A DNA stretch of 64,000 bases from Thermincola ferriacetica. GTDB taxonomy: Bacteria; Bacillota; Thermincolia; Thermincolales; UBA2595. Positions 35,774 to 44,535 of this stretch are shown here, one piece after another. The translations under genes and the position numbers were made by a program. Location: the NCBI GenBank assembly GCA_016841725.1, contig JAENYP010000016.1:25272-89271 (forward strand), written 5' to 3'. The stretch's first letter is position 1. The number at the start of each line of letters is the position of its first letter. Under the pieces are notes generated by a model. That model was not told the origin of the DNA and made no database searches. It worked only from the letters and a program-made list of their open reading frames with translations.

Positions 35774-36658
35774 TTGAGAAAGAGCCGTAAATTTATCTCC
35801 ATGCCAATAATAAGTTTGGAAGAAGGTATCCAGATTGGTGCATCCAAAAATATCGTTGTGGACCCGTCCAAAATGGAGATTGCCGCAATAGTTATTGACC
35901 AGCGCGGATGGTTCCGGGAACAAAAAATAATCCCCTACACAAAGGTCCGGAGTATGGGTGATGATGCCATCACAATAGACCAGTCAGCAAATGTGCAGAG
36001 AACCATGAGCCTCCCCCATATGCTGAAATTAATCAAGGAAAATGTTAATCCCATTGGTGTTAAGGTAATTACCGAAAGCGGAACCGTTTTAGGGGTAGTT
36101 GACGAATATTATATTGATGAAATTACCGGGAAAATCGAATGCTTCGAAATCAGCGGCAAGTTTCTGGAGAGCCTTTTCAAGGGCAAGGCGCTCATGTCGG
36201 CAGAACATATCAGGACTATGGGTTCAGACATTATTGTTGTTAATGAAGGTACGGAAACATACCTGGAAAAGGTCGACGGCGGGTTAAATGAAACAATCCA
36301 TAACCTGAAAGAAAGCACATCCACACTTTGGGAAACCACTAAAAAGCGCACCGGAAAGATCCGTAAAAATATTAAAGACAAGTATGAAAAAAATGATAAC
36401 CCCAGTGCATCACCTGCACCTGATGCAGCGGAAACCTCCGGGAACGAAAATTTTCCCGAGCCTGACTCTGGTCTTGACGTAACCAGTGAAGTGGAAATAA
36501 GAAATGAGGACATAATTACCGGAGTTTCCGAAATCGTGGAAACTGAAGACACCGAGGCAGCAGATACTCCCGACGTGCCGGAGAATGATTCTGCAGCGCC
36601 GGAGGCTGATGCTCCTGAGGAAGCAGTTGATGCTCCGGAAGAGGTCAACACCAAATGA
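35774..36658 (+). CDS. tandem PRC-barrel domain protein with a long acidic low-complexity tail
   Basis: Two YlmC/YmxH-like PRC-barrel segments (IISLEEGIQIG..., VITESGTVLGVVDEYYID...), then a D/E/P/A-rich tail. TTG start behind GGGGGG. Confidence 0.7.
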   Translation: MRKSRKFISMPIISLEEGIQIGASKNIVVDPSKMEIAAIVIDQRGWFREQKIIPYTKVRSMGDDAITIDQSANVQRTMSLPHMLKLIKENVNPIGVKVITESGTVLGVVDEYYIDEITGKIECFEISGKFLESLFKGKALMSAEHIRTMGSDIIVVNEGTETYLEKVDGGLNETIHNLKESTSTLWETTKKRTGKIRKNIKDKYEKNDNPSASPAPDAAETSGNENFPEPDSGLDVTSEVEIRNEDIITGVSEIVETEDTEAADTPDVPENDSAAPEADAPEEAVDAPEEVNTK

Positions 36659-36665
36659 GCTTAAA

Positions 36666-36699
36666 ATGGGGCCGCCCTAAAATCTCAGGGCCGCCCCAT
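36666..36699. terminator. bidirectional terminator between convergent genes
   Basis: ATGGGGCCGCCCT/AGGGCCGCCCCAT stem, 12 of 13 bp paired. Confidence 0.6.
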
Positions 36700-36729
36700 C
36701 TTCCTCTTGCAATTCCTGCCGGAAACTAC

Positions 36730-37281
36730 CTAGGATGCCTTAAAAAGCTTTTTATATCTGGTTGCCAGGTAGTCAAACTTTTTCCTGTCACCCTTCTCCA
36801 ATGCAAGGTCAATCTCGGCCAGCATTTCTGCCTTCCGCTCTTCCCTGTCCAGTATCCTGCGGCTCATTTCACGTTCCAAAGCCCGGATAACCTGGTAATA
36901 GAAAACCTTCTCCCTGACTTCAGGTGCTAATTCCAAATCAGTATTGCAGGCAGAACACATATAGTCCTTCTCAAAAGAAAGCCAGACAAACAACTCTTCA
37001 GGAGTTTTCTGGTCCAACAGGGAAACAATTTCTTCAATATCCTCATAATATTCGTTATCAATCCGACACAGGAATGAAACCGTAGATGCATTAGATGCAG
37101 AAATAATCAGGGCATTCGGAAGGTATCTGACATTTTCTACAAAATAGGTATTAGCCAGCAGCCCGTCCCTGGATCGCAGAAAATTCAAAATTTGGGAGGC
37201 CTCCTGTTTCTTTAATTCGAATTTACTTAAAAATCCGTCAATAAACTTTTTCTTTTTATATAACATTACTGCTTCTTCCAT
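36730..37281 (-). CDS. YpiB/UPF0302-like protein with C-terminal IDEAL domain
   Basis: C-terminal MLAEIDLALEKGDRKKFDYL matches the IDEAL motif. Start at the ATG at 37281 behind GGGTGG. Confidence 0.6.
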   Translation of the reverse strand: MEEAVMLYKKKKFIDGFLSKFELKKQEASQILNFLRSRDGLLANTYFVENVRYLPNALIISASNASTVSFLCRIDNEYYEDIEEIVSLLDQKTPEELFVWLSFEKDYMCSACNTDLELAPEVREKVFYYQVIRALEREMSRRILDREERKAEMLAEIDLALEKGDRKKFDYLATRYKKLFKAS

Positions 37282-37388
37282 ATTTACCACCCAACTCTAT
37301 TGTTTAGTCGACTATATCAATTAGACAACCCTGCCGAAAAAACCTGCCTAGCAGGTGTGGTAATTTATGGCCTTACAACGTCCCCCCC

Positions 37389-37426
37389 AAAAAAACGGGG
37401 CCCTCATTCAATTCTTGGGGACCCCC
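37389..37426 (-). terminator. terminator after cooS
   Basis: Imperfect GGGGTCCCC...GGGCCCCG hairpin followed by TTTTTTT on the minus strand. Confidence 0.5.
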
Positions 37427-37447
37427 ATCCGAAAAATCAATTTTTTC

Positions 37448-39361
37448 TTAATCCAGGCCGATTTTAGCCCTTTTTTTCTTGATATGTTCCTCTATGCCTG
37501 CGGCGACCTCAACCGGGTCATCGCCCAGAGCTACCTTGCCTCCCGTGATACCCTCAAGGTCTTCTGTCAAAAGCTTGACCAGCTCAGGCCCCCCCGCCAC
37601 GGGAGGTGTGGGTGATAGATGGGTGTAAAGCCCGTATGCCAGAGCAAACATGCCGTCTATTGTCGCCTTTTGTTCCAGGTATTGGGGTGCCGTAACAGCC
37701 GCCGGCAGATCTGCGGAGTCAATCCCCAGATGATTGGCCAGGACTGTTGTTAACATGGAAATCCTGCCCGTATCGGTACAGGTTCCGAAGCTAAGCACCG
37801 GTGGTATTTTGAGGCTCCGGCATACCTCTTTAAGGCCCGGTCCTGCCATCTCAATGGCTTCAAGGTTGCACAGTCCGGCAACTTCAAGACCGTGGTTGCC
37901 ACATCCGCCGCTGATAATAAGAATATCCCTTCTGATAAGCTCCTTAGCCAGATTCACAGTCATATAATCATGGGGTCCGGTAGATAAAGTGGTACAGTTT
38001 ACCAGAGCAACCACGCCTTTTATCTTACCGGCCTTTATGGCCCCGGCCAAAGGCTCGGGAGTGCCCCCAAGAGCTTTAAGCACCGCCTCTGTGGAGAACC
38101 CCGAAATTGCCTTGGTAACCTTTTGGGGTACTCTTGGTGTAATTTTCCCCTTACGCCGGGTAAAATTTTCCACAGCGAGGTCTATCAACTGATTGGCAAT
38201 GCCGGCTGCTTCAGGGGGTTTGTAATCAAAATTTCTGCTGACGCCCGGAATCCGAACCAGATCATTAACACTCACAAGGGTTACGCCGTACTTCTCCTCA
38301 TAAGGCTTTAAAAAAGGAGGGGAACAGTTTTCATCCATGGCAAAAACATCTATTGCCCCTGTCGCCAATGCCGGTTCAATTGTCAGCCAGTTGCCTGTCA
38401 AACCTTTGAACACTTCATCTATGGGAAGCCGCTGCAGCATCTCCTGCCCTGTTTCTATGGAACCGATAATCCGTAATCCTTTTGCTCCGGCGTCCTTAGC
38501 ACGCTGCTGAACCTCAGGTTTTTTGGCAGCATAGTAAGCTGCCATCCCCACCCATGGTTCGTGCCCGTTAAAAACAATGTTAATATATTCCGGATTCAGA
38601 ATCCCCAGGTCTACTTCCACCTCATGAGGCATGGGAGTGCCAAAAAGGATGTCCTGAACCATTTCAAGGCCTATCTGGGCTCCGTAAATCGTGGCTACCC
38701 CCAGCCGGAGTCCCTTCTTCGCCAGTGATATAAAGTCACCGTTAACATTTGTCAGACAACTGGCCACGGCATCCTTGATCTCATGCAGTGTCCCTGCAGG
38801 ATAGATAGCCAGATCCCGCCACACCTTCTGCCTCGCGGGAGGTGCAAATGCCGTAATTATCCGGCTGGGCTCATCATATCCGCGATGAAGCTCATACATC
38901 AGAAAATCTGACAGCCACAAAGCCACCTGACCCGGATCACCATTTATATTAACCCCGCACTGTCCGGCAAACCAGTAAAGTTTCTCCCTGTCAGTGATTC
39001 CGAAGGGGGTTTTCCCTTCAATAGTGGACTTCAATGTCCTGAAGGCCTCATAGGCATGATGGGCATAAGTTGAAGCCCCCATAGCATTTCTCAGCAGCAT
39101 GTCCCGCATAGCCATGGCATCAGGAGTTATCCCACATACTCCAAGAGTGGCCCCAGTCTTCTCTGAAATGCGGCAGGGGCCATTGGTGCATAGCTGGCAG
39201 CTGGTTCCTGATACACAGAAGCCGCACCTTATTTTTTCCTGAGGCTCAAAGCGGTCAAAAGTATTGCTCATCTCATCCTCATGCAATCGTTGATACATTT
39301 CCTGGACAGACTCATGGATACTAACTTTCTCATCCAAACGGTGCCTGGTTTTATTGGTCAC
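37448..39361 (-). CDS. cooS: anaerobic Ni-dependent carbon-monoxide dehydrogenase catalytic subunit
   Basis: N-terminal CGFCVSGTSCQLCTNGPCRI cluster-B/D cysteine motif and full-length CooS-like sequence. Start probably the GTG at 39361 (8 nt after AAGGAGG). Confidence 0.9.
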   Translation of the reverse strand: MTNKTRHRLDEKVSIHESVQEMYQRLHEDEMSNTFDRFEPQEKIRCGFCVSGTSCQLCTNGPCRISEKTGATLGVCGITPDAMAMRDMLLRNAMGASTYAHHAYEAFRTLKSTIEGKTPFGITDREKLYWFAGQCGVNINGDPGQVALWLSDFLMYELHRGYDEPSRIITAFAPPARQKVWRDLAIYPAGTLHEIKDAVASCLTNVNGDFISLAKKGLRLGVATIYGAQIGLEMVQDILFGTPMPHEVEVDLGILNPEYINIVFNGHEPWVGMAAYYAAKKPEVQQRAKDAGAKGLRIIGSIETGQEMLQRLPIDEVFKGLTGNWLTIEPALATGAIDVFAMDENCSPPFLKPYEEKYGVTLVSVNDLVRIPGVSRNFDYKPPEAAGIANQLIDLAVENFTRRKGKITPRVPQKVTKAISGFSTEAVLKALGGTPEPLAGAIKAGKIKGVVALVNCTTLSTGPHDYMTVNLAKELIRRDILIISGGCGNHGLEVAGLCNLEAIEMAGPGLKEVCRSLKIPPVLSFGTCTDTGRISMLTTVLANHLGIDSADLPAAVTAPQYLEQKATIDGMFALAYGLYTHLSPTPPVAGGPELVKLLTEDLEGITGGKVALGDDPVEVAAGIEEHIKKKRAKIGLD

Positions 39362-39559
39362 GTGCACATCCTCCTTATAACATGATTAAACTACCAGATA
39401 GTTTTCCTCCCCTTCATTCTTTTAATACAGAAAGCCCTGCCAGCAGGCACTCTGGCTTCATTCCCGCAACAGCAGGAGGATATATGGCATTTCTGTTGAA
39501 TAATGTATAATTCCCCTTTTAGTTGAATACAGTATATTCACTTGCGAAAGGTGGTTATT

Positions 39560-40396
39560 ATGCAAAAAATTGCTATTGTAACTGACAGCACCTGTGATTT
39601 GGAAAATGAACAACTTGAACAATATGGGATTAGTGTCCTCCCGCTAAAAATAATCTACACTGACCGTGAATTTACCGACAGGGTTGACATTACCCCGGAG
39701 GAAGTGTACCGGAACCTCGAAAAGGAAGTCCCTAAAACCTCGCTGCCCAGTCCCTCTGATGCTTTTAAGTTATTTGAACATCTGAAAAACAGCGGTTTCA
39801 CCCATGTCCTCTGTATCCACATCTCCGGCGGCTTAAGCGGCACTATACAGATGGTGCGGAACGCTGCCGCAGAATTTAAGGGCATTGTAATCAAGGTCCT
39901 GGACTCCAAGTCCCTGTCAATGGGGTTAGGTTTTCCTGTTCTGGAAGCAGCAAAAGAAGTCTCCAAAGGGAGCAGTTTTGACGAGGTAGTAAACAAAGCT
40001 GAGGAGGTAATTGATCAGGTTCAGACTTTCTTTGTTGTCGGCACCCTTGAATACCTGAAAAGAGGCGGGAGAATTGGCTATGTGTCTGCTTCTCTGGGGG
40101 AGATACTCCAGGTAAAGCCCATTATATCCATAAATGATGAAGGAAAATACTATACACATGAAAAGACCCGGGGCAGAAAGAAATCACTAAACAGAATGTT
40201 AGAGATTATCCGGCAGGCAGCCGAAGGAAGGACAGTTAAAATCGCAGTGTTTCATGGAGATGCCCGGCAGGAGGCAGACTTTTTAATTGCTCAACTGAAG
40301 GCATTCGACAATGTTGAGGAAATTGTAACAGGCCAGATAGGTCCCGTTATGGTTGTCCATACCGGCCCGGGCCTTGTGGGTGTCGTTATCTTTTAA
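39560..40396 (+). CDS. DegV-family fatty-acid-binding protein
   Basis: IAIVTDSTCDL N-terminus and DegV fold pattern. Start at the ATG at 39560 behind AAAGGTGG. Confidence 0.9.
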   Translation: MQKIAIVTDSTCDLENEQLEQYGISVLPLKIIYTDREFTDRVDITPEEVYRNLEKEVPKTSLPSPSDAFKLFEHLKNSGFTHVLCIHISGGLSGTIQMVRNAAAEFKGIVIKVLDSKSLSMGLGFPVLEAAKEVSKGSSFDEVVNKAEEVIDQVQTFFVVGTLEYLKRGGRIGYVSASLGEILQVKPIISINDEGKYYTHEKTRGRKKSLNRMLEIIRQAAEGRTVKIAVFHGDARQEADFLIAQLKAFDNVEEIVTGQIGPVMVVHTGPGLVGVVIF

Positions 40397-40433
40397 AGGC
40401 GCATTATATTTAATTCTTTAAATTATAGTAAAA

Positions 40434-40496
40434 TAGGGGTAGATGTGTTCCTCAAGCGGATGACAGACTCCGCTTCCGAAATACATCTACCCCTAT
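40434..40496. repeat. palindromic intergenic element, copy A (short form)
   Basis: 14-bp terminal inverted repeat ATAGGGGTAGATGT/ACATCTACCCCTAT encloses an AAGCGGA/TCCGCTT inner stem and the core GATGACAGACTCC. Shares termini and core with the copies at 43590 and 50319. Confidence 0.7.
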
Positions 40497-40514
40497 TTGT
40501 TTATTTAAAAATCA

Positions 40515-41462
40515 CTATGCAAAAAGCTTGCTTACCGACAGGTCCTCATGGATCCTGATTATTGCCTCCCCAAGGAGCGGCGCCACTGAAAGGACCTTCA
40601 TTTTGTCAATTGCTTTAGGCTCAGGCAGCGGAATCGTATTGGTTACCACAACTTCCTTAATGGGTGACTTCTGAAGCCTTTCTATGGCCGGGCCGGACAG
40701 GACTCCATGGGTACAGCAGGCATAAATTTCTTTGGCACCCCGCTCCAAAAGCGCGGCTGCACCCTGGGTTATGGTTCCAGCAGTATCAATTATGTCATCA
40801 ATCATAACAACTGTTTTGCCATCAACATCCCCGATAATATTCATGATTTCAGCAACATTGGGCTCCGGCCTGCGCTTATCAATTATCGCTATGGAAGCCC
40901 CGATACGCTCAGCCATATCCCGGGAACGGGTAACCCCTCCCAGGTCAGGTGAAACAACAATAATATTTTCGAGGTTTTTGCTGAGGAAATATTCGGCCAG
41001 AATCGGAACTCCCGGCAAATGATCTACTGGAATGTCAAAAAAGCCCTGTATCTGGCCTGCATGCAGATCCATGGTAATTACCCTCATGGCGCCACTTGCT
41101 GTAATCACATTTGCCAGCAATTTCGAAGTAATCGGGTCACGGGCCCTGGCTTTCCTGTCCTGTCTGGCATATCCGTAATAAGGTACAACCGCAGTGATTC
41201 TCCGGGCTGAAGCCCTCTTAAGTGCGTCAATGACTATCAAAAGCTCCATGATATTATCATTCACAGGCTCACAGGTAGGCTGGATTACAAATACATCGGC
41301 ACCCCTGACACTCTCATTGATCTTCACATGAATCTCACCGTCACTGAACCGGGAAACTTTGGATTCACCAATTGATACCCCAAGGTATTCGGCAATTTCC
41401 TCGGCCAGTTTCAAATTCGCATTTCCAGAAAAAATTTTGAGTTTCCGATTAAAGATTGGCAT
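40515..41462 (-). CDS. prs: ribose-phosphate pyrophosphokinase
   Basis: [16 protein letters not shown]..., [11 protein letters not shown], and [13 protein letters not shown]-binding motifs. Confidence 0.95.
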   Translation of the reverse strand: MPIFNRKLKIFSGNANLKLAEEIAEYLGVSIGESKVSRFSDGEIHVKINESVRGADVFVIQPTCEPVNDNIMELLIVIDALKRASARRITAVVPYYGYARQDRKARARDPITSKLLANVITASGAMRVITMDLHAGQIQGFFDIPVDHLPGVPILAEYFLSKNLENIIVVSPDLGGVTRSRDMAERIGASIAIIDKRRPEPNVAEIMNIIGDVDGKTVVMIDDIIDTAGTITQGAAALLERGAKEIYACCTHGVLSGPAIERLQKSPIKEVVVTNTIPLPEPKAIDKMKVLSVAPLLGEAIIRIHEDLSVSKLFA

Positions 41463-41524
41463 TGGCTTGCAAAAACCCCCCAGCAAATTAATATAAATAG
41501 TTTTTTACCCAATTATCTATTATA

Positions 41525-42895
41525 TCACTTTTTCTTGTTTTTTCTAGTAGTCCACTCAGGATATACTTTTTGTTTCGCTCTTTCGATACACAGGGCCCCA
41601 TCGGGAACATTTTTGGTGACAGTTGACCCAGCGCCTACAATTGCGTTCTCCCCCACTGTTACTGGCGCTACCAGATTGGTGTTACTGCCAATAAAGGCGT
41701 TATTTCCAATACTGGTCTTCCATTTCTCTGTTCCGTCATAATTACAGGTAATGGTGCCGGCACCAATATTGACCCTCTCTCCGATATGAGCATCACCTAC
41801 ATAACTCAAATGCGGCACCTTGCTGCCCTTTTCCACCACTGAATTTTTAATTTCTACAAAATCGCCCACCTTTACGTTATCACCCAGAACAGTTCCGGGC
41901 CTGATGTAGGCAAACGGTCCAATAGTCACGCCATTGCCAACCGAAGTATCAGTAATTACAGAATTCTGCACGGTTACTGCATTTCCTGCCTTAACATTAG
42001 TTAATCTTGAATATGGTCCGAGGATAGAATTTTCTCCAAAACAACAGTTCCCCTCCATAACCGTGCCGGGATATACAATTGAATCACAGCCAATAATAAC
42101 CTCACTGCCTATATAAGTGTTGTCGGGGTCAATGATTGTCACTCCTGCAGTCATATGTGCGGTCAATATTTTCCGTCGCATCAGGGTCTCGGCGGCAGCA
42201 AGCTGGACCCTGTCATTAATCCCCATGATTTCCAGGGCGTCCTCCACTTTAACGGCACCCGTCCGCCCACCGCTGCCGGCTATCACCGAAATTACATCAG
42301 TGAGATAATACTCGCCCTGGGCATTGGCCGGAGAAATAGTTTGCAAAGCTGTAAATAACTCTTTAGCTGCAAAACAATAAATTCCCGTATTTATTTCATT
42401 TATCTTTAACTGGTCTCCTGAAGCATCCCGATGTTCCACAATCTGCGTTACAGCTCCATCGCCGTCTCTAATAATCCTCCCATAGCCCGATGGATCCTCA
42501 ACATCAGCAGTCAATACGCTAACGGAATCCCCCGCTTCCTTATGTTTCTGCAAAAGTCGCTGCAGCGTATCAGGTGAGATTAAGGGGGTATCCCCACACA
42601 GCACCAGGATGCTGCCGGTAAAATCAGTTAACAACCGTTCTGCCTGCATAACGGCATGACCGGTACCCAACTGCTCGGTCTGTTCAACCCAGGCAACATC
42701 AAGCTTGACAGATTCTCTGACCATATCTGACCCGTGCCCGATGACCACAATATTCCTGCTGATACCGGCTCCTACAGCCGCGCCGATTACATGTTCCAGC
42801 ATCGGTCTGCCGCATACGCCGTGCAGCACTTTAGGCAGCCGGGACTTCATCCGTGTTCCCTTACCGGCTGCTAAAATAATTGCCACTACATTCAC
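41525..42895 (-). CDS. glmU: bifunctional UDP-N-acetylglucosamine diphosphorylase / glucosamine-1-phosphate N-acetyltransferase
   Basis: ILAAGKGTRMKS motif plus C-terminal left-handed beta-helix hexapeptide repeats. GTG start. Confidence 0.95.
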   Translation of the reverse strand: MNVVAIILAAGKGTRMKSRLPKVLHGVCGRPMLEHVIGAAVGAGISRNIVVIGHGSDMVRESVKLDVAWVEQTEQLGTGHAVMQAERLLTDFTGSILVLCGDTPLISPDTLQRLLQKHKEAGDSVSVLTADVEDPSGYGRIIRDGDGAVTQIVEHRDASGDQLKINEINTGIYCFAAKELFTALQTISPANAQGEYYLTDVISVIAGSGGRTGAVKVEDALEIMGINDRVQLAAAETLMRRKILTAHMTAGVTIIDPDNTYIGSEVIIGCDSIVYPGTVMEGNCCFGENSILGPYSRLTNVKAGNAVTVQNSVITDTSVGNGVTIGPFAYIRPGTVLGDNVKVGDFVEIKNSVVEKGSKVPHLSYVGDAHIGERVNIGAGTITCNYDGTEKWKTSIGNNAFIGSNTNLVAPVTVGENAIVGAGSTVTKNVPDGALCIERAKQKVYPEWTTRKNKKK

Positions 42896-43027
42896 GTAAG
42901 CGCTCTCCTCCCTTTTTATTAGTTATTATAGTTACCATAATTCAGGCATTTTAGCATAAAATTAATATTCCACGTAAAGACGGGTTTTCCTGCGGTTTAT
43001 AGAAAACTTCACTTTTCAGGTAACGGA

Positions 43028-43056
43028 CAAAAAAAAACAGGAGTTTGCATCCTGTT
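43028..43056 (-). terminator. intrinsic terminator after spoVG
   Basis: AACAGGA/TCCTGTT stem followed by T9 on the minus strand. Confidence 0.7.
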
Positions 43057-43071
43057 CACAACTGTTAACAA

Positions 43072-43335
43072 TTAAGCTGTAGCCAAAGCATTTTGGTAAG
43101 CTTCAAGCACAGCAGACTGAATCACTTCCCGGGCATTTGATGTAATAGGATGCGCTATGTCCCGAAACTCCCCGTCAGGAGTTTTCCGGCTCGGCATAGC
43201 AACAAACAGACCGTTCTGGCCTTCAACAACCTTTACATCATGGATAACAAAGGAATCATCCAGAGTTACAGATACAATAGCCTTCATCTTGCCATCCTGG
43301 TTAATTTTTCTTACCCGCACATCAGTGACATTCAT
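43072..43335 (-). CDS. spoVG: septation protein SpoVG
   Basis: [51 protein letters not shown] is a near-canonical SpoVG sequence. Start at 43335 behind AAGGGGG. Confidence 0.95.
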   Translation of the reverse strand: MNVTDVRVRKINQDGKMKAIVSVTLDDSFVIHDVKVVEGQNGLFVAMPSRKTPDGEFRDIAHPITSNAREVIQSAVLEAYQNALATA

Positions 43336-43386
43336 TTTTTGCAACCCCCTTTTCAGCCCAATCAAAATCATTCGTTAAATTTCGAT

Positions 43387-43411
43387 ATTCTTCATTTACC
43401 AAAGAATTCCT
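43387..43411 (-). promoter_or_regulatory. putative sigma-H-type promoter of spoVG
   Basis: On the minus strand: AGGAATT, 13 nt, AGAAT. This matches the AGGAWWT / RGAAT sigma-H consensus. It lies about 50 nt upstream of the spoVG ATG, and B. subtilis spoVG is sigma-H dependent. Confidence 0.4.
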
Positions 43412-43516
43412 TCCTGGCAAGTGCAAAATTTTAAGAAAATTTTTAATTTACTGAGAATGGCTACTGGTTATGCTTGGAATTCCGGAGAAAAGGTGGCGTA
43501 TTAAGAGAAAAACGAC

Positions 43517-43542
43517 AAAAAAGACCAGCACTTAGGCTGGTC
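43517..43542 (-). terminator. intrinsic terminator; duplicated copy of the hairpin at the end of the upstream gene
   Basis: GACCAGC/GCTGGTC stem followed by TTTTTT on the minus strand. The 18-nt GACCAGCACTTAGGCTGG is repeated exactly at 43755-43772. Confidence 0.6.
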
Positions 43543-43589
43543 AGGTTGCTGACAAAGTCATTAATTTTGAACTATAAAAATCTTTAAAG

Positions 43590-43707
43590 ACAGGGGTAGA
43601 TGTGTTCCGGATGGCGGAGTCTGTCGTCCGTCCGGCCCGCGACCCGCAACGCGGGAGCGGATGCCGGCGGAGATGTAGCCCGCCGGAGGAATTCATCTAC
43701 CCCTGTC
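43590..43707. repeat. palindromic intergenic element, copy B (long form)
   Basis: 14-bp terminal inverted repeat GACAGGGGTAGATG/CATCTACCCCTGTC. GC-rich internally self-complementary body. Carries GGATGGC and the reverse complement of the core GACGACAGACTCC. Confidence 0.7.
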
Positions 43708-43763
43708 TATATTAGAGTTTAATACTCAAAAAATATGGGGTTTGTCAATAAGCTGACCAGCAC

Positions 43764-44519
43764 TTAGGCTGGCCGGTCCAGGTATTGAGATACGATTGAA
43801 TAGTCACTGGGTTTATCGACATCAATTCCAATTTCAGGGTACTTTGTGATTATGGCCTTTACATTAATCCCAAGTACTTCAGAAACCTTGTCTTCAAGTT
43901 CGGGAATGGACAGCATGTTTAATATAAGCTTGAATACAAATTTAAACCCCAGGATACGACATAACTTTACCGGGCTTTTGCGGTAATTTACAAACTCCCT
44001 GGCTTTTTCAGCACTTCGTGGTACAGCAGCAGGATTTACAATAAAAAGGTTTCCTCCGGTAAACCTGCCCTCTTTGAGCTTCGCTGATGTTCGCTCAATT
44101 TCCGGGAACCGGCGGTATACTTCATTCATCGAAACTATCGGATAGAAAAAGTCAGCATCATATTTCAGGCTTAAATCCACAAAGTTCTTCACAGCCTGTG
44201 CAGTCAGAAGCGGAATATCACACGTGGCAATGAGGACAGGGGCAGATGTGTCCACATATTCAAGGGCTTTAACAGCATTTTCAATTATCCCATATTTTGT
44301 CTGCACTACGGTGACACAATCATCAGCCAGAAACTCCTCTAACTCTTTCGGACCCGCAACCACAATCCTGTGGACTATGCCTGATTCCTTAAGGGCATCA
44401 ATAACATACCTGACCATAGGCTTGCTCCCTATTCTGATCATAGCCTCATAAGACTCGTTACTGCAGTCCCTTAGCGGGCCGGAATTGTCACTGCCGGCAA
44501 CAACAATAGCATCAAGCAT
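43764..44519 (-). CDS. MobA-like nucleotidyltransferase family protein
   Basis: The AIVVAGSDNSGPL N-terminal NTP-transferase motif is followed by an extended C-terminal domain. Confidence 0.65.
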   Translation of the reverse strand: MLDAIVVAGSDNSGPLRDCSNESYEAMIRIGSKPMVRYVIDALKESGIVHRIVVAGPKELEEFLADDCVTVVQTKYGIIENAVKALEYVDTSAPVLIATCDIPLLTAQAVKNFVDLSLKYDADFFYPIVSMNEVYRRFPEIERTSAKLKEGRFTGGNLFIVNPAAVPRSAEKAREFVNYRKSPVKLCRILGFKFVFKLILNMLSIPELEDKVSEVLGINVKAIITKYPEIGIDVDKPSDYSIVSQYLDRPA

Positions 44520-44535
44520 TTAACTAACCCCTTAA

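Noticed and set aside
36109-36654. A 181-aa minus-strand ORF (S/A/G/V-rich) antisense to the PRC-barrel gene tail.
   Set aside because: It is the low-complexity mirror of the acidic repeat tail. The same explanation covers 62734..63261 and 62850..63161 (antisense to the LysM repeats), 28862..29392, 35016..35537, 50981..51400, 59282..59836 and 59924..60523.
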